A DNA stretch of 56,050 nucleotides, the filler included, from Basidiobolus ranarum (lineage: Eukaryota): the NCBI GenBank assembly GCA_040143965.1. It is 3 parts of 3 records of this genome, joined end to end, with 100 filler letters (N's around TTAATTAATTAA, not from the genome) between each part and the next. Parts side by side here need not be neighbours in the genome. Positions count along the whole stretch, not along the records: positions 37,516 to 56,050 come from JASJQH010007149.1; 2 more parts are not named here. The stretch is one strand, 5' to 3'. The position numbers were made by a program, and so were the translations under genes. Positions within the stretch are counted from its first letter, which is position 1; every line of letters starts with the position of its first letter. Positions 37,960-50,856 of the stretch are shown here, in pieces. A model generated the notes under the pieces. The model saw only the letters and a program-made list of their open reading frames with translations. It was not told where the DNA came from and searched no databases.

Positions 37960-40281
37960 ATCGTAGAGTTGATAAAAGAGTTGATAATGAATTTCTAGTT
38001 CGGTGTCATAGTCTTTTTATACAGTATTTCTACAGTTAACTGCTGCAACAACATTAAAAATATTTCGACGCATATGTTGAGCTTTGCGAAGATTCTCATA
38101 TCTTATCAGAAATCCAGCCAGATTCACACTATATACTTGAAAATATTCAGCTTTGAGCCTCCCTAGGGAGTGCATCAACAATGATTACTATGTTAGTTGT
38201 CACGTCTTGCAGGAAAATCAATATTAGTGTGAATTTTAGTGCCACATCGTTACAAGCATAAGGCCGAATTATTATACCAATACTCTGCCTAACTACTTCA
38301 TCGGAGATCATCTTTGTTTTGACGCATTGATGTGTGAAAATTAGGATGCTGCTATGCTTAATACTGTGCATCTCAGCCTGGAATTAGGTGTATCATTTAC
38401 TTAGGGCTAACTGTTGCAGTCCAGTACAGGTTTTAGCTGAGCCAAAGAGGATTGTGACCATTCAAGCCATGATATACCAGGCTAGGTCATCTACTTCTTA
38501 ATCTTTATGAATATGTCAATTGAATTCACTTTCTTGTGGATCGGCCTTAAATTAAACTCTTAACTCACTCCTTTCAGAGCGGCATTTGCGAATCTGAAAG
38601 ACAGGAAAGTAATGTATATCCTAGTTAGTGCCTGTTTGAAAGCTCTTGCTAGTAGCTTTTCTCCGTGTGGAGGTATTCTTTGATTGTTGTCATCAGTGCA
38701 TAAGGGGTTCATTAATTAGTGTCGAATATAGAAAGTCTTTGGTAATACGTAAATCACTTCTTTATTTGTACAGATATGATGTTTGCTATCCTTATCCCAA
38801 GGGGGTAGTGCTAGGGAAATGGTCATGACCTGTTGCGTGGGTACATGGGACTTAGATGTTGATACTATCACGCATCAGATAACTCCATGGGAATACCTTG
38901 CCAAGAATGAACACTGGCTATGTTTGTATACAAAAAATCCGGGATATCCATTGTCAAACTTGGTTTCTTATCCTAGGGAAAAAATCTGGAGCTAAAGGAT
39001 GTTGATCATTATTTACTTAACGACGAGAAATGAACCAAGTGGTTTTTGACTGAATGCCAGGATCTAGATGTGACATCAATAGTGAGTGCGATAATGTTCC
39101 CAAAGTTTATATGCGCAGTGATAATGACTACCTATATGATGGCAAGTACAATCCAAGTCGCAACCATAGCATAGAGCTTCCCATTAGTTACATAGGAGCC
39201 CTCTCAGAGGAGGTTGTAGATATATTGAGCAGATTTGATTCCAAGAAAGTAGTCAATTCCCAAAACAATTAGATAAGCTTGAAAGGATGATCCTTTCGTC
39301 AGTGTATTCTGTTCAACAGACCTGATTAGAGTCATACGAACAGAAGCACACAAAATGACCAAAACCATAAAACTAATGCCTCCAGAAATCAATAGGCCAA
39401 GTGACAGAATGAATACTGCAAAAGTGAATCTATCCAGCACGCCGCATGCCACAACATCCAATCTCCAGAGTAACGAGACATATACCTCTCAATGGGGTCA
39501 CCAACGTAGTCAAGAGTTGCTTTGAACCTGTTGGCAGGTGGAGGAATCTCAACACAGATCACATACAGAATAAAGCCTAAAATTCACAAGGATCTAGGAA
39601 TCATCTCTTCATGGTAATTGGTTATTTAAACTGATTCATATACATTGATCGACTATCAAACCATCAACCCAGCTTAATGAAAACAATCACTGATCTCCAG
39701 AGTACAAACCTATGCTCATGAGAACGACAGCGATACTTGTTTGGACTTGAATTGGGTAGCTAGCGTCATCTTGCGCGAGAATAAATCGAAAGTAAGGCAC
39801 AGAGGGGAGAGGATGGTTATAATCAGACAATTAGAGCGTGGATGTAGAGACCATTTTTACACCAAAGTCAAGCAGTGAGGATCAATACTGGTAAGGAGTA
39901 TCAGTTCGAGATCTACTGATTTGTCACATTTAAACGAGGCTCAACTCTATTTCGAGATTATGGATGCCAACACTATATGCGAAAAACAAGGCCAGCATGA
40001 AGTAATGATCACTGTCCAGGAAGTGTAATGATGGGTCCACTGGCGCCATTCGCGAGTTCCCTTCAGTTCGGGTTCTAGGGCAGCGCTGTTTTGGTGACAA
40101 TTCTCGGCTCACGAGATGGATTGTGAAGTGTGATTTGTGCTAAAGCGAAGTATTTATTGCCCAGTATGATTCAAATACATACCATAAGAAATGAATTATG
40201 GAGTAGGATCTATATCCTCATAGATATATATGTATGTACAGAACAACGAAGAGATAATGAAGATACGCGTACATATGCGTT

Positions 40282-42031
40282 TTAATCATCTTCCAAATCA
40301 ATCTTCAGCATTTTCCTAGCAAAATCCACATGCTTGACCGTCCCAACCTCAAGTATGACCGAAGTTATCTTATCATGCTCCAATAAGAACTGCACTGCGA
40401 ATTCCTCAAAGTTCCCCTCTCCTTCACCCACTTCAATTCCGCGTGCGTCCAGGTACTTTTTCAGGCAAACTGAGCCAATGTGGTGGACCTCCCTTTCGTA
40501 TTCATTGAAGAATTTCTGCAAATGCTCTAACCACTCGCGAGGTATTTCGTCGAATTTTTGATGAATCAAGGAATATACTCTTTGCTTGATCTCCTCATAT
40601 CGGAATACGGAGTCGATATTCTGGATTTCTGAATTTAATCTATTGATGGTCTCTACTAAGAAATGGGGACTATTGTCAATAGGAGTAGTGTTCTTCTGAA
40701 TCAGTTCTAGCGTTTCTGCAAGCACTTCTTGATATGATGTTCGAGGTGTACTGACTAGCTTCCATGTTCCAGCCTGATCGAAGGAACTTAATGGTCGGCT
40801 AGTCATTACCTGAAATTATTGATTCAGTAATATTTCTAGTGAGGCGCTCGAAAAGCCGCTAGCAAGAAAACTTACCTGTAGATTTTGTTTGCCTGCCCAT
40901 CGCAGCATGGATTTCAATCCCTCTGTTTCCAGTACATTGGCCGGAAACTGAACCGTGGAGAAGCCATGGTTTTGAGTTCCTCGGATGCTTTGTGCGGCCT
41001 TCTCGGCTAGCTTGGTTAGGTCTTTGTATGGCAAGAAGTGAGGATGCTCGGGTGGCAACGCAAAGCTATTGCTAGAAATACCATACTTGAGTTGGCAGTT
41101 AGCAACTTTACTTGGACCAAAAACAAGACTCAATTCCATGTCTGAATTACCGATTTGATTCTCCCGTTTTTAATTTCGGTCTCCAATGCCTCAAAAGTTT
41201 CTGCGATCCTTGAGACTAAATTCTTTTGTAATTCTAGGGAATTTACACGGGCGATCAGATAAAAATTCATTTCCGTAGGCAAAACTATCGCTTTACCACA
41301 CCTTGAACATTCGCGTCGGGAGACTGGATATGATGCATCAAATAATATTCGGGATTATAGATGAGATAGGAGTCAACATAGTCAGTTCGTAACCGAGTCA
41401 AACTACGAGAGAGCTGATCTCTATTCTTTCCACAATGTATATGTGCACTTTAGTAACTACCCACGTGTTTGTAGAGAATCATTCTACTACGCATTCACTA
41501 AGTTGGAGTAGACATAAAGGAAATAGAAAACTTACCTCATAAAGTCTGGGTGAATGCAGTGGTAAATATTTTGGAAAGGCTTGATTATACTGGCTTCATC
41601 TAACTTTAACCACATAAAATAATTAACTTACGGTTTCTCCTACTCAATACTATAACACTTCAACTTACTTGTAGCTTTCCCTCTTGAAATAAACGCATAT
41701 TTTCACCCTGTAAGTAACCAAACTTAGAAGTCAAGTAGACCTCCTCTCTTCTCAATATCTCTGGGTTTTCTTGATGAAGTATCTAGAAGTAAGCAACATG
41801 TCATTAGCTGTTGCATCAAATAAGTGTACTTACCAATAAACAAAATACCTTTCCAAGTAATCTTTCGCTTAGACCGTTTCCATAACTAGAGGAAGTATCG
41901 ATCAAGCTTAAATTTAGACGCTCATCGGATTGTCTTTTCAATGCAGAGAGTAATGCCCTTTCATGTTCAGGCATGCCTAGGAATAGGCGATAAGTTCCTA
42001 TGGCAATTCTAGGTAATCGTTTTAAACTCAT
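40282..42031 (-). CDS. Aldo/keto reductase-fold protein, about 7 exons
   Basis: [84 protein letters not shown]. Confidence 0.82.
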
Positions 42032-42671
42032 TTGAGCTCTTCAAGAAAACTGGTCGGAAAACTAAAGTTTGAAATTTCTCCAGATATAATTAGTGATGGA
42101 GTAAAATTTAGGTTTGAAGTTCAAAATGTGGCTTTGGGTCCAGGCTTCAAATTGAATATATGAACTTACGTGATTTTAATAAATCAATGGACTTTTCTGG
42201 GACCGTTCATTTGTGACCAGGATATTCATCTAGTATTAGGTCAAATCAAAAGCAAACTCCCTATTATTTGCCAATCTCAGAATCGATTTTCCGACTTATG
42301 GTGAGTCACTCTTAAGTTCCAACACAAAGGGGTCATTGGTATGCATCTGAATATGATGTGACAGGCAATATCTGGCACTCTTGTACAAAAAGTGGGATGC
42401 AGTGATATACACTCATATGTGTGTCTATTCGCACTGACACCCTTCAGGGTCGATGTAATGAATCCCAGAAGTGCTATAAACCTCCACTAAGCTGTAAGAA
42501 AGAAAGTCTGGTGGAGATGTTCTACTGCAACCAAAAGTAATATCACTTGATGAATCTTGCGGGAATGACATTAGAAACTCATTAGATAAGACAAACTTTT
42601 TTGAGATTTCTAGCATATACACTAGCACTCATAACTGATTCACTTTTTTGCATGCAGTTTTAAAATGACAA

Positions 42672-43214
42672 TGTTTAAGTATTTGGGAGCCTGTTGGAAG
42701 TGGTTTGGAGAACTAGAGAAATTGGTGGTTTTCACTTATTGATTTATCGAGTAGAAAGTTGACATCTATACTTTTGTCAAGATGTAAACAAAGTGACATG
42801 GAAAATGTGTTAAGGAAAGTCTCAGGAACATGTGTTCAAAGTCTGGGGCTTCTAGCACAGGTTTGAAAAAATCTATATATCTGAGAACTTCTAAGTAAAT
42901 TCCTCATGAGAATAATGGGTAATATCTTAGTGAAATATAAGATAACTAAATACTAAGCTATATATGACTATGTAGATATTTAGGCTATACTTTTTTCAAC
43001 ATATATAGATATTTAGGCTATGCTAATTTCAACATAGAGTACAAAGTTTGAGGTCTCTTGGACAAGGTTGAGATAATTATATAATCTTCAAATTTCCAAG
43101 TTGGTCTCAATATGGAGCGTGAATTCCTCATGAGGGTATCTCATAATAACATAGTGAAATTTAGGTAGCTAACTACATGACTATATAGATGCTTGAGCTA
43201 TGTCGTTTTCAACA
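42672..43214 (-). mobile_element. LTR cluster: near-full copy 42672-43001, 33-bp LTR end 43002-43034, older diverged fragment 43035-43214
   Basis: Three successive ...TTCAACA termini; homologous to 1266-1613. Confidence 0.85.
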
Positions 43215-44267
43215 TAAACCAGTAACCCCAGATTTTAGCACTTTGAAGTGGACTTGTCCATGTTTGAACATGATATAATACTACCTATAACCATAGAGAG
43301 CTAAAAAATAGTTATTGGCAAAATATAATTTAAAAAATGTGAGCTCAACATTGTTCTACCAATAGCACGGAATACAAATGTATACAGCATCGTAGAGTGG
43401 TGGAATCACTTTCACCAATGTCAGAGACAATTATTTAGGTTCTGATTAAGCCGTATGTTAAATGTGAAGTTGGATCATTCAGTGAATGCAGATATTGACA
43501 TTTCAAAGATGAATGCAAAAGAAGTGAATCAGTTCGGGGTTTTCAGTATCATCAGGCCACCAAAGGAAATCTGCATATAGTAGAATGGTGACAACTCATA
43601 TCCCAATGATACATATGAGCATGCTGAATACAGTTATAGAAAAACACTGGATATTACAGGTATAGCATCCATTGTGTACCAAATTTCAAAGATTATCTAT
43701 TGTAATCTGATCGATTGCCACTATTTATCACTGAAGTGACACTCTAGGATGCATAATATTTTTAGAAACGTTCCTGCGCTCCCCTGTAGAAATCCTAACC
43801 CCAGCCAATAGAACTCATGATGGCATAAAGTTGGATACAATAAAGTTATGATTTACACATGTATTAATCTCACTCTTGATTAGTGATTCTATTCAATAGG
43901 TGTTTTTCAGGATCTCCTGTGATAGAATCTAAAGCAAACAACCTTCATCTTAAACATGTTGCTCACTAATCAAATGCTAGATCCGTGGAGAAAGTAGAAT
44001 AATCTATACTACAAAGATATTCTCTTTGCTACTTCTCTACATGAGATGAAATGACTCTTCACTTCCACACTGAGCCCTTAGGTTTTAAACAAGCCTGTTT
44101 AAAAGTTTTATTGTTATTGGCTACTAGTAATATACCTCCACTATAAGAATAATAACTCCACTATGAATTTATCACGTTCAAGAATATGTCCTGAATGGAA
44201 TGATTAGCAACGCTCTATACAATGAATACATTATCTCCTTATTTACAAAATTGGATCGAGCCAATAT

Positions 44268-44993
44268 TCATAATCGCACTACACTGGGTTTGAAAGCTCC
44301 AATTGGAATTGCAGACTCTATACCATTACTTCTCGGTGCGGCAAAGAGTGCTCGATCTGCTGCGATGATGCTCATCAGCTCTGAGAAGCTAGGCAATTGG
44401 ATTTTACTCTTGGTCTCAATATTGAGGTTAGGGCTCACTGGAAGAGAATCCGTTACTGAAACACATTCAGCTTTGATTTTAGGGGTGACAATATACTCTT
44501 CATCACTCTCTGAAGTCCCTGAAGAAAGTGGTGAAGATGGTGGTGACCAACACTTCTCCTTCTTGGTTTTAACTCCCTTTGAAGGCAAGGACCTTTTAAT
44601 ACCATTACTGGTAGTATTTCTATGCTGTATTTCTTCAGCTTTACGTTGAGCAGCCAGCTCAGCTTCCAATGCAAGCTGTTTCTTACTTTTCCTACCTCTT
44701 TTCTTGGGATTGATATGAGTCTTGTGATGCCTAGCGAGTTCGTCAGACCTTGAAAAAGTTTTGAGACAACCATCAAATTGGCATCGGTAAGGCTTCTCTC
44801 CGGTATGAATACGGATATGTCTTGTTCTATGTTCAATCCTGTAAAACTCTTTATTGCAAAGTGGACATCTATGAAGGCGTAGACCCTGTGATTTTTCCAA
44901 TCCAGCAAGTAGCTGCTTCATTGCGTTATCTTGGTACCTGGACAAGTTGGTAGACACTTTATTAGAAGAAGAATTATTAACCTTATTGTTCAT
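44268..44993 (-). CDS. CreA/Mig1-like two-finger C2H2 transcription factor, paralogue 1 (intronless)
   Basis: [51 protein letters not shown]. Confidence 0.9.
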   Translation of the reverse strand: MNNKVNNSSSNKVSTNLSRYQDNAMKQLLAGLEKSQGLRLHRCPLCNKEFYRIEHRTRHIRIHTGEKPYRCQFDGCLKTFSRSDELARHHKTHINPKKRGRKSKKQLALEAELAAQRKAEEIQHRNTTSNGIKRSLPSKGVKTKKEKCWSPPSSPLSSGTSESDEEYIVTPKIKAECVSVTDSLPVSPNLNIETKSKIQLPSFSELMSIIAADRALFAAPRSNGIESAIPIGAFKPSVVRL

Positions 44994-45090
44994 TTCTGAA
45001 GCAGTGGTTAAAGTGAATAGAATTTTGAAATGGCGGTGTATTACCTCGCGCAATATGAACTAAGCGTTTAAATAGCAGTTTTCATGAATT

Positions 45091-45839
45091 TTATCAGATT
45101 TTCATCTTGAGTCATCCAATGATTGCTTTGAGCAAATTGGTCAACTTGGATTTACTGGGCATTGCATCTTGTATCTTACTAAACATTTTTTTAAGAGTTT
45201 TGGGAGGAACCAACAATGCGAAAAATTATCTGATGCATTCAAGTTTTTACTATAAAAGTTGAATCCGGAATATTTCGAATAAAAGGATGTTGTTGTTTTC
45301 TTTTGAGAGCTCATTTGGTTCTTTTTTAGTTGTCAAGATGATGAAACCCTGAATCCAATATAAATCTCTACAGATTTCCTCCGCATTTACTTGTTTGAAG
45401 TCGATACTACCGCTCTTTTGGTACTATGGCTGGTAGCATTACCAATTGTACCGAAAATCATACTGTTGTCAAGCATACCGATTGAAGCACCGATTGGTAA
45501 CAAGTTTAGATGGTCAATGAATTACAATATGTCGGATAACCACTTCTAGTCTATAATCAGCGATGGTATTCCGATGCATTTGCAGGATTTATGCGAGCAT
45601 CTGATAAAAAACCCTTGATACAATACTAAGCTACTTTAAAGCCAACTCATTTATATTAATCAGATAAAGATCATGTATAATATAACCAATACTACATGAA
45701 TATATTGGCTACACATTAATAATCAGAATCAGATAAGTCAATACATGCCCCCAACATTCACTATTGAATGCAAAATCTCCTTAAACATTCCAATTAAATC
45801 TAGGTAAATAGTAACTCCATCTAGACTCTGATCAGATAA
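45091..45839. promoter_or_regulatory. Six ATCWGATAA GATA sites in the divergent promoter of paralogues 1 and 2
   Basis: Exact matches (either strand) at 45091, 45226, 45599, 45659, 45728, 45831. Confidence 0.8.
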
Positions 45840-46420
45840 TTAAATTGTTGAGAATATACCTGAAGCACGTTACCTCCCCATTAGTACAACGAGAGAGCGT
45901 AGCATTTCTCCATTAAGCATTCCACTTTGCATCCAATGATAATCCAGAATATCTATTATTTGATTTGGGTATCAGATCCATGGAATATTCATTTTGTGTG
46001 AGAGATATCAACTAGATCACAAATGGGGAAATCCGTATTTTCCCCGCGCATTTTCAGATAAAACTACTTTTCATTGGAATATTAGTTCCATCCCTAATCG
46101 TATGAGAATTCCAATTTGCATCCATGTATGTTCTCCAACAAATAGGGGTGGAATTGTAATGCCCTTCGTTATGGACATATTTGGGAATCCCGGCACTTCT
46201 CTATCGAAATTGGACGAATTTCCCCTTTTGGGAGCAATTGGTCGAATACATGGAAGTAATTTCCAAGAAAAAAAACCCTCTGCAGTTCAAGGATTGTAAG
46301 ATGAATCCAGGTTGTGGGCAGGAAATTACATATAAATCCACACAAATCCACGCTAGGCTTAACCTCACACTTGCATTTATCAACCCTACAAACAATTAGT
46401 CCACAGCAACACCTTATAAG

Positions 46421-47086
46421 ATGTCTTGTCAGATTCAAACGACAGAAAATGTGTTACAGTGCGAAGAATCCAGTATCAAAGATATACTGGCCAATTTAGA
46501 CAGTACTGAGATCCCACGCCCATACGAGTGTCCATTATGCAAGAAGGCCTTCTACCGTATTGAGCACCGAGCTAGACATATTCGAATTCACACTGGGGAA
46601 AAGCCATTCAAATGCGATTTCGCCAACTGTACCAAGTCTTTCTCCAGGTCTGACGAATTAATTAGACATCAAAAAACACACGCCAATCCTAAGAAGAGAG
46701 GCAGGAAGAGTAAGAAGCAACTTGCCTTGGAAGCAGAGATGAGCAAACATACTGAAAGCACCGATATTCACAACCAATGTGAAGTTAAAGACGAGGGTAG
46801 CAGTCCTATGAAGAAACCTCGTGTTTGTGAAGATTTGAAAAGCTCTACTCCTTCATCTGTATCTTCTTGTACCTCAGAGAGTGAAGATGAGCCAATCTCC
46901 ACACCTATACTAAAATGCCAAAATTTGAACAGTGTCCCGGAATTTACTTTGAGTGAACGAAAACCCGACGTGCAGCTCCCAAGCTTCTACGAGCTGATGA
47001 AGATAATATCCGCTGAAAGAGTGCTACCATTTCCAATCAGAGACCATATGTTTGCATCCACCAACAACCCAAGTTTTGATCGTTAA
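46421..47086 (+). CDS. CreA/Mig1-like C2H2 transcription factor, paralogue 2 (intronless)
   Basis: [50 protein letters not shown] ~90 bp upstream. Confidence 0.92.
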   Translation: MSCQIQTTENVLQCEESSIKDILANLDSTEIPRPYECPLCKKAFYRIEHRARHIRIHTGEKPFKCDFANCTKSFSRSDELIRHQKTHANPKKRGRKSKKQLALEAEMSKHTESTDIHNQCEVKDEGSSPMKKPRVCEDLKSSTPSSVSSCTSESEDEPISTPILKCQNLNSVPEFTLSERKPDVQLPSFYELMKIISAERVLPFPIRDHMFASTNNPSFDR

Positions 47087-47401
47087 CACTGGGTTTTATT
47101 ATGTATATAGACATTGTATATTATTTAGCTGTGGACAAGCGGGTTATGTTCACAGATTAATGTTTGGAATAAATCAATCAACTTCATATCAAATCAGTTT
47201 GTTAGGACTAGCCCGTTATCATTTCAACGTATGTTATGACTTATTGTAGCTAAATATGGATTGTAGATAGGAGAACGTATTTCGGCTAACTTTGGAAGCG
47301 GATGACCGCAGTATTGGTATATTTAGATGATCACATAATCTGGACACTATTTGAAGTGATTGACGAATTCTAGACAAATGTAGTGTTGGTTGGTGAGCAA
47401 C

Positions 47402-47847
47402 ATCAGATAAATATTTCATCTATAGTTGTAGACTTGATTGCTGGGGATCCACCCCACCTAATTATTGAATTGAATGGGGCAACTTGGGAATGAGATAGGA
47501 CTAATCTATTAGCAATAATCCGAACAGATGGCTAAATGGGGTATTAGTGTCTGGATGAAACGAGTTCCAATCAGATAAATTCAATTTGATGAGAAGAGAG
47601 AATCTGATAAGTATTGTTAGGAATGCAAAACACCACACAAATCACATCATTTATTGAGTTACATGCACCTTGTACCACTCAGTCATATCAGATGTAGTTT
47701 CCAATAATGTCCTTACGTGCTCCTAGACCTGACCCCAAATGTTTCATGTCACCAAGTAAGGAATCAGTTTTGTGAGTATATTGTGGGTGTTTATCAGATC
47801 TTCTTAACTGATGCATGAGCGAGACACTTGGGTTGTATTTATCAGAT
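47402..47847. promoter_or_regulatory. Five ATCWGATAA sites between the convergent 3' ends of paralogues 2 and 3
   Basis: Exact matches at 47402, 47570, 47602, 47791, 47839. Confidence 0.7.
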
Positions 47848-48372
47848 TTTAGTATGTAGTGACTGCTTTTGTGATTCCATCTCCTTTCGAATGAGAATAC
47901 GCCAGTCTGGGTAACACATTTATCTTGGCAGTTGCCGAAAAGTCATAACCAAATCTTTCAAATATTTGGGGAATTTGTCACTGCTAACCGAGCACTAGTT
48001 AAGTGTTTAAGGTGCTATCATTTCTGCTTCGAGTTTAGCTTGATATCTATCAATTTAGTAATAGAAATCGATTGAGCATGTTTTCATATCTAATTTGATG
48101 GTGCACATTATCAATCAACTAGTAAAGTTCTCAACATTATTCTAAAAATATCCAACCAAGGATGAATTTATTAGCAGTGCGATGGATTCAATTTCACATC
48201 TGTAACAAATATTGATGAATTGGTTCCTGGACAAAATACTGGAACGGAAATTTGATGCGAGGAGAGTCAACGATGACAGTCTGTACAAGTGAGCACAAAA
48301 AATGGAAGTCATATATACAACAACAAAACTACATTATTTTCAAAGGAATATACTAATCAAGTCAACTTTGGT

Positions 48373-49155
48373 TTAGAATAGACCAGGGAAAATAGAGTAG
48401 CTAGCAGTAATTGACTGTGATCGTGCCCATTGCGAATTCGTCATTACCGGTGGAGGCAAAATACGATCATTGGAAATCTTCGTTAAAAGTTGTGAGAAGC
48501 TAGGAAGCTGTGTAGTTTCGGAGTCCTCCTTGCATGCCGGTTGCTTCGAAGATAGTTCATTTTCAGAGGCCAAACTTGCAGAGATTTCGCAAAGAAGCTC
48601 TAAAGAAAGACCGTGTTCTGGCTTTAGTTCGGGAGAAGCTATCGCTTCATCTTCACTTTCTGAAGTGGAGGAAGAAGATGAGAATGCAGGAGAATTGGGA
48701 ACTTCTTCGTTCTCAGAGATACAGCATCTCTTGTTGGGTAACTCTTGAGAAGTCTCTGAATGTTCCTGAGATTCCTCAATACACTCGGCCTTGCGTTTCT
48801 CATCCACTTTTTTGGCAGCTATTTCTGCTTCTAAGGCAAGCTGCTTCTTGCTTTTACGTCCTCTTTTCTTAGGGTTCACATGAGTTTTCTGGTGTCGTAC
48901 CAGTTCGTCAGATCTAGAAAACGATTTTTTACAATCAGGGCTTTCACATTTATAAGGTTTTTCCCCAGTGTGAATACGGATGTGTCTGGTTCTATGCTCG
49001 ATTCTATAGAATGCTTTTTCACACAAAGGGCATTTATAAGGGCGTGGAATCGTTGCTTGGTCTAGAACTGCTAAAAGTTCATCCATATCGGTGTCTTTCA
49101 CTGTAGGGAGAGCACAAGAATTTTGGGAAGAATTAACTTCTACGGTTGAAGCCAT
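48373..49155 (-). CDS. CreA/Mig1-like C2H2 transcription factor, paralogue 3 (intronless)
   Basis: [53 protein letters not shown] ~70 bp upstream. Confidence 0.92.
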   Translation of the reverse strand: MASTVEVNSSQNSCALPTVKDTDMDELLAVLDQATIPRPYKCPLCEKAFYRIEHRTRHIRIHTGEKPYKCESPDCKKSFSRSDELVRHQKTHVNPKKRGRKSKKQLALEAEIAAKKVDEKRKAECIEESQEHSETSQELPNKRCCISENEEVPNSPAFSSSSSTSESEDEAIASPELKPEHGLSLELLCEISASLASENELSSKQPACKEDSETTQLPSFSQLLTKISNDRILPPPVMTNSQWARSQSITASYSIFPGLF

Positions 49156-49260
49156 GGTGTATATAATATTTGTAATAATCAAGCGATGTTTGATGATAGA
49201 AATCAGATATCTCTGAGCATTATATATACCATCATGAATCAAATCCTCATCCCTTCAAAG

Positions 49261-50100
49261 ATCTGATAAACAACCCCTGTCAAAGAAACTCATGAATAAG
49301 CGTTAACAGTTCATCATGCTCCACATTAATTATAAAGAAACTCATTCCATTCAGTTCCCTTCCATCTGATAATGTACTGATATCCAGCCTAAATGAGTCA
49401 TTTGAAACACATCAATTCATGTACTTGTGAAGCAGGATGTATGCTTTCACTGGATGTTCTAAGCGCCGGGTTTCCAAATGGAGTATCCAGCTGTTCTTTT
49501 ATCTCCATTTGGGTGTCTGATTCCCATCTGATAAATTGTTCGCATAAAATCCAAGACTGAGAATGACCTGGAGTCCATCAGATATTTCGTTCTGCAAATA
49601 ATGTCTAGTAATACGTAACTGATTCCACACAAATCCATTAGCGTAACATTAATAAATTAGTTTGGAAAAGATCAGATAAAGCCTCCATCTCTTGCCCAAT
49701 AATGATCTACCGGAGTTTGTTACCATCAATAGAACTATGTTTTTGGGTTGCCGAAAATTGGAATGGGGCAAGCGATATATATATATGTGGTAAGCGTTTC
49801 TATAACCCAACAGGGTATGCATATCCTCTGGCGATCAATGTAGAATTGGTAAAGTAAAAAACCCATCTATATATGAGCTAAAAGGACTGAGTTACTACGT
49901 ACTACAGAGCTGCTTGTCAATCTGATAATTTCATAATTGTTGAGGGATGAAAAGTTATCAGATTAAAAATATTAGTTGCTTGGTAACGATTATTTTCAAT
50001 TGTATTACATTCAATCGTTCTCTCAAACCGGAGGTCATAATAGGATTTCACATTCTCCATTAGGTATACTCACTACCTCATAGTATTTAGGATCAGATAA
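49261..50100. promoter_or_regulatory. Seven ATCWGATAA sites upstream of paralogue 3
   Basis: Exact matches at 49261, 49364, 49526, 49671, 49920, 49955, 50092. Confidence 0.8.
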
Positions 50101-50535
50101 CTTTACAAAGTCCTCCATTACAATGGTATATTGATCGATTAATGATTGATACCCCGACTACCCTACCATTTTCGGTCATTAGTGATTCTGTAATATGATA
50201 TATTCTGGAACAGAAATAATGTAAATATCATGTACCTTGCACCCAAGTTCCAAACTAACTTGGCACTTTAAGCTGCGAGTTTGATTTCTATTAAAATGCC
50301 ACCTAACATATACCTCTATTGAGTGGCATAGAGATTTAATGTTGATCATTCTACAGTGTCGGAATATACAGGTAGATTCTAAGGATGTTTGATGAACTTG
50401 GTGCATTTAAGTTACATCTTAAGGTATGTTAACACAAGAATAACTAGCCCAAAAGTCTCTCAATTAAGGACTACCCTTTAGAAGTAAATGTATCAGTAGT
50501 CATAATTGATCACACAATGTAACTAAGTATATTTT

Positions 50536-50856
50536 TGTTGAAATAAGCATAGCCTAAACACCTATATAGTCATATATAGCTTAGTATCTAGTTATTCCAT
50601 ATTGAACTAAGATATCACCTCAAGAGGATTTACTTGGAATTTCTCAGATATATAGATTTTTCAAACTTGTGCTAGAAGACCCAAACTTTGCGCACATGTT
50701 CCTGGGACCTTCCCTAACACATTCTACATATTAGTTTGTTTATATCTTGACAAAACTATAAATGTCAACTGAATACTCAAAAAATCAAAAAGTGAAAACC
50801 ACCAATTTCTCTAGTTCTCCAAACCACTTCCAACAGGCTCCCAAAATACTTTGACA
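50536..50856 (+). mobile_element. Solo copia LTR with a perfect 5-bp TSD
   Basis: TGTTGAAA...TTTGACA flanked by ATTTT on both sides. Confidence 0.88.

Noticed and set aside
45091-50100. ATCWGATAA recurrences as a CRISPR-like or satellite array
   Set aside because: Only 9 bp, irregular spacing, mixed orientation, eukaryotic context, no cas genes.
42672-50856. Inverted LTRs bracketing the zinc-finger triplet as a composite mobile unit
   Set aside because: The right LTR has its own TSD (independent insertion), the orientations are opposite and there is no shared TSD.
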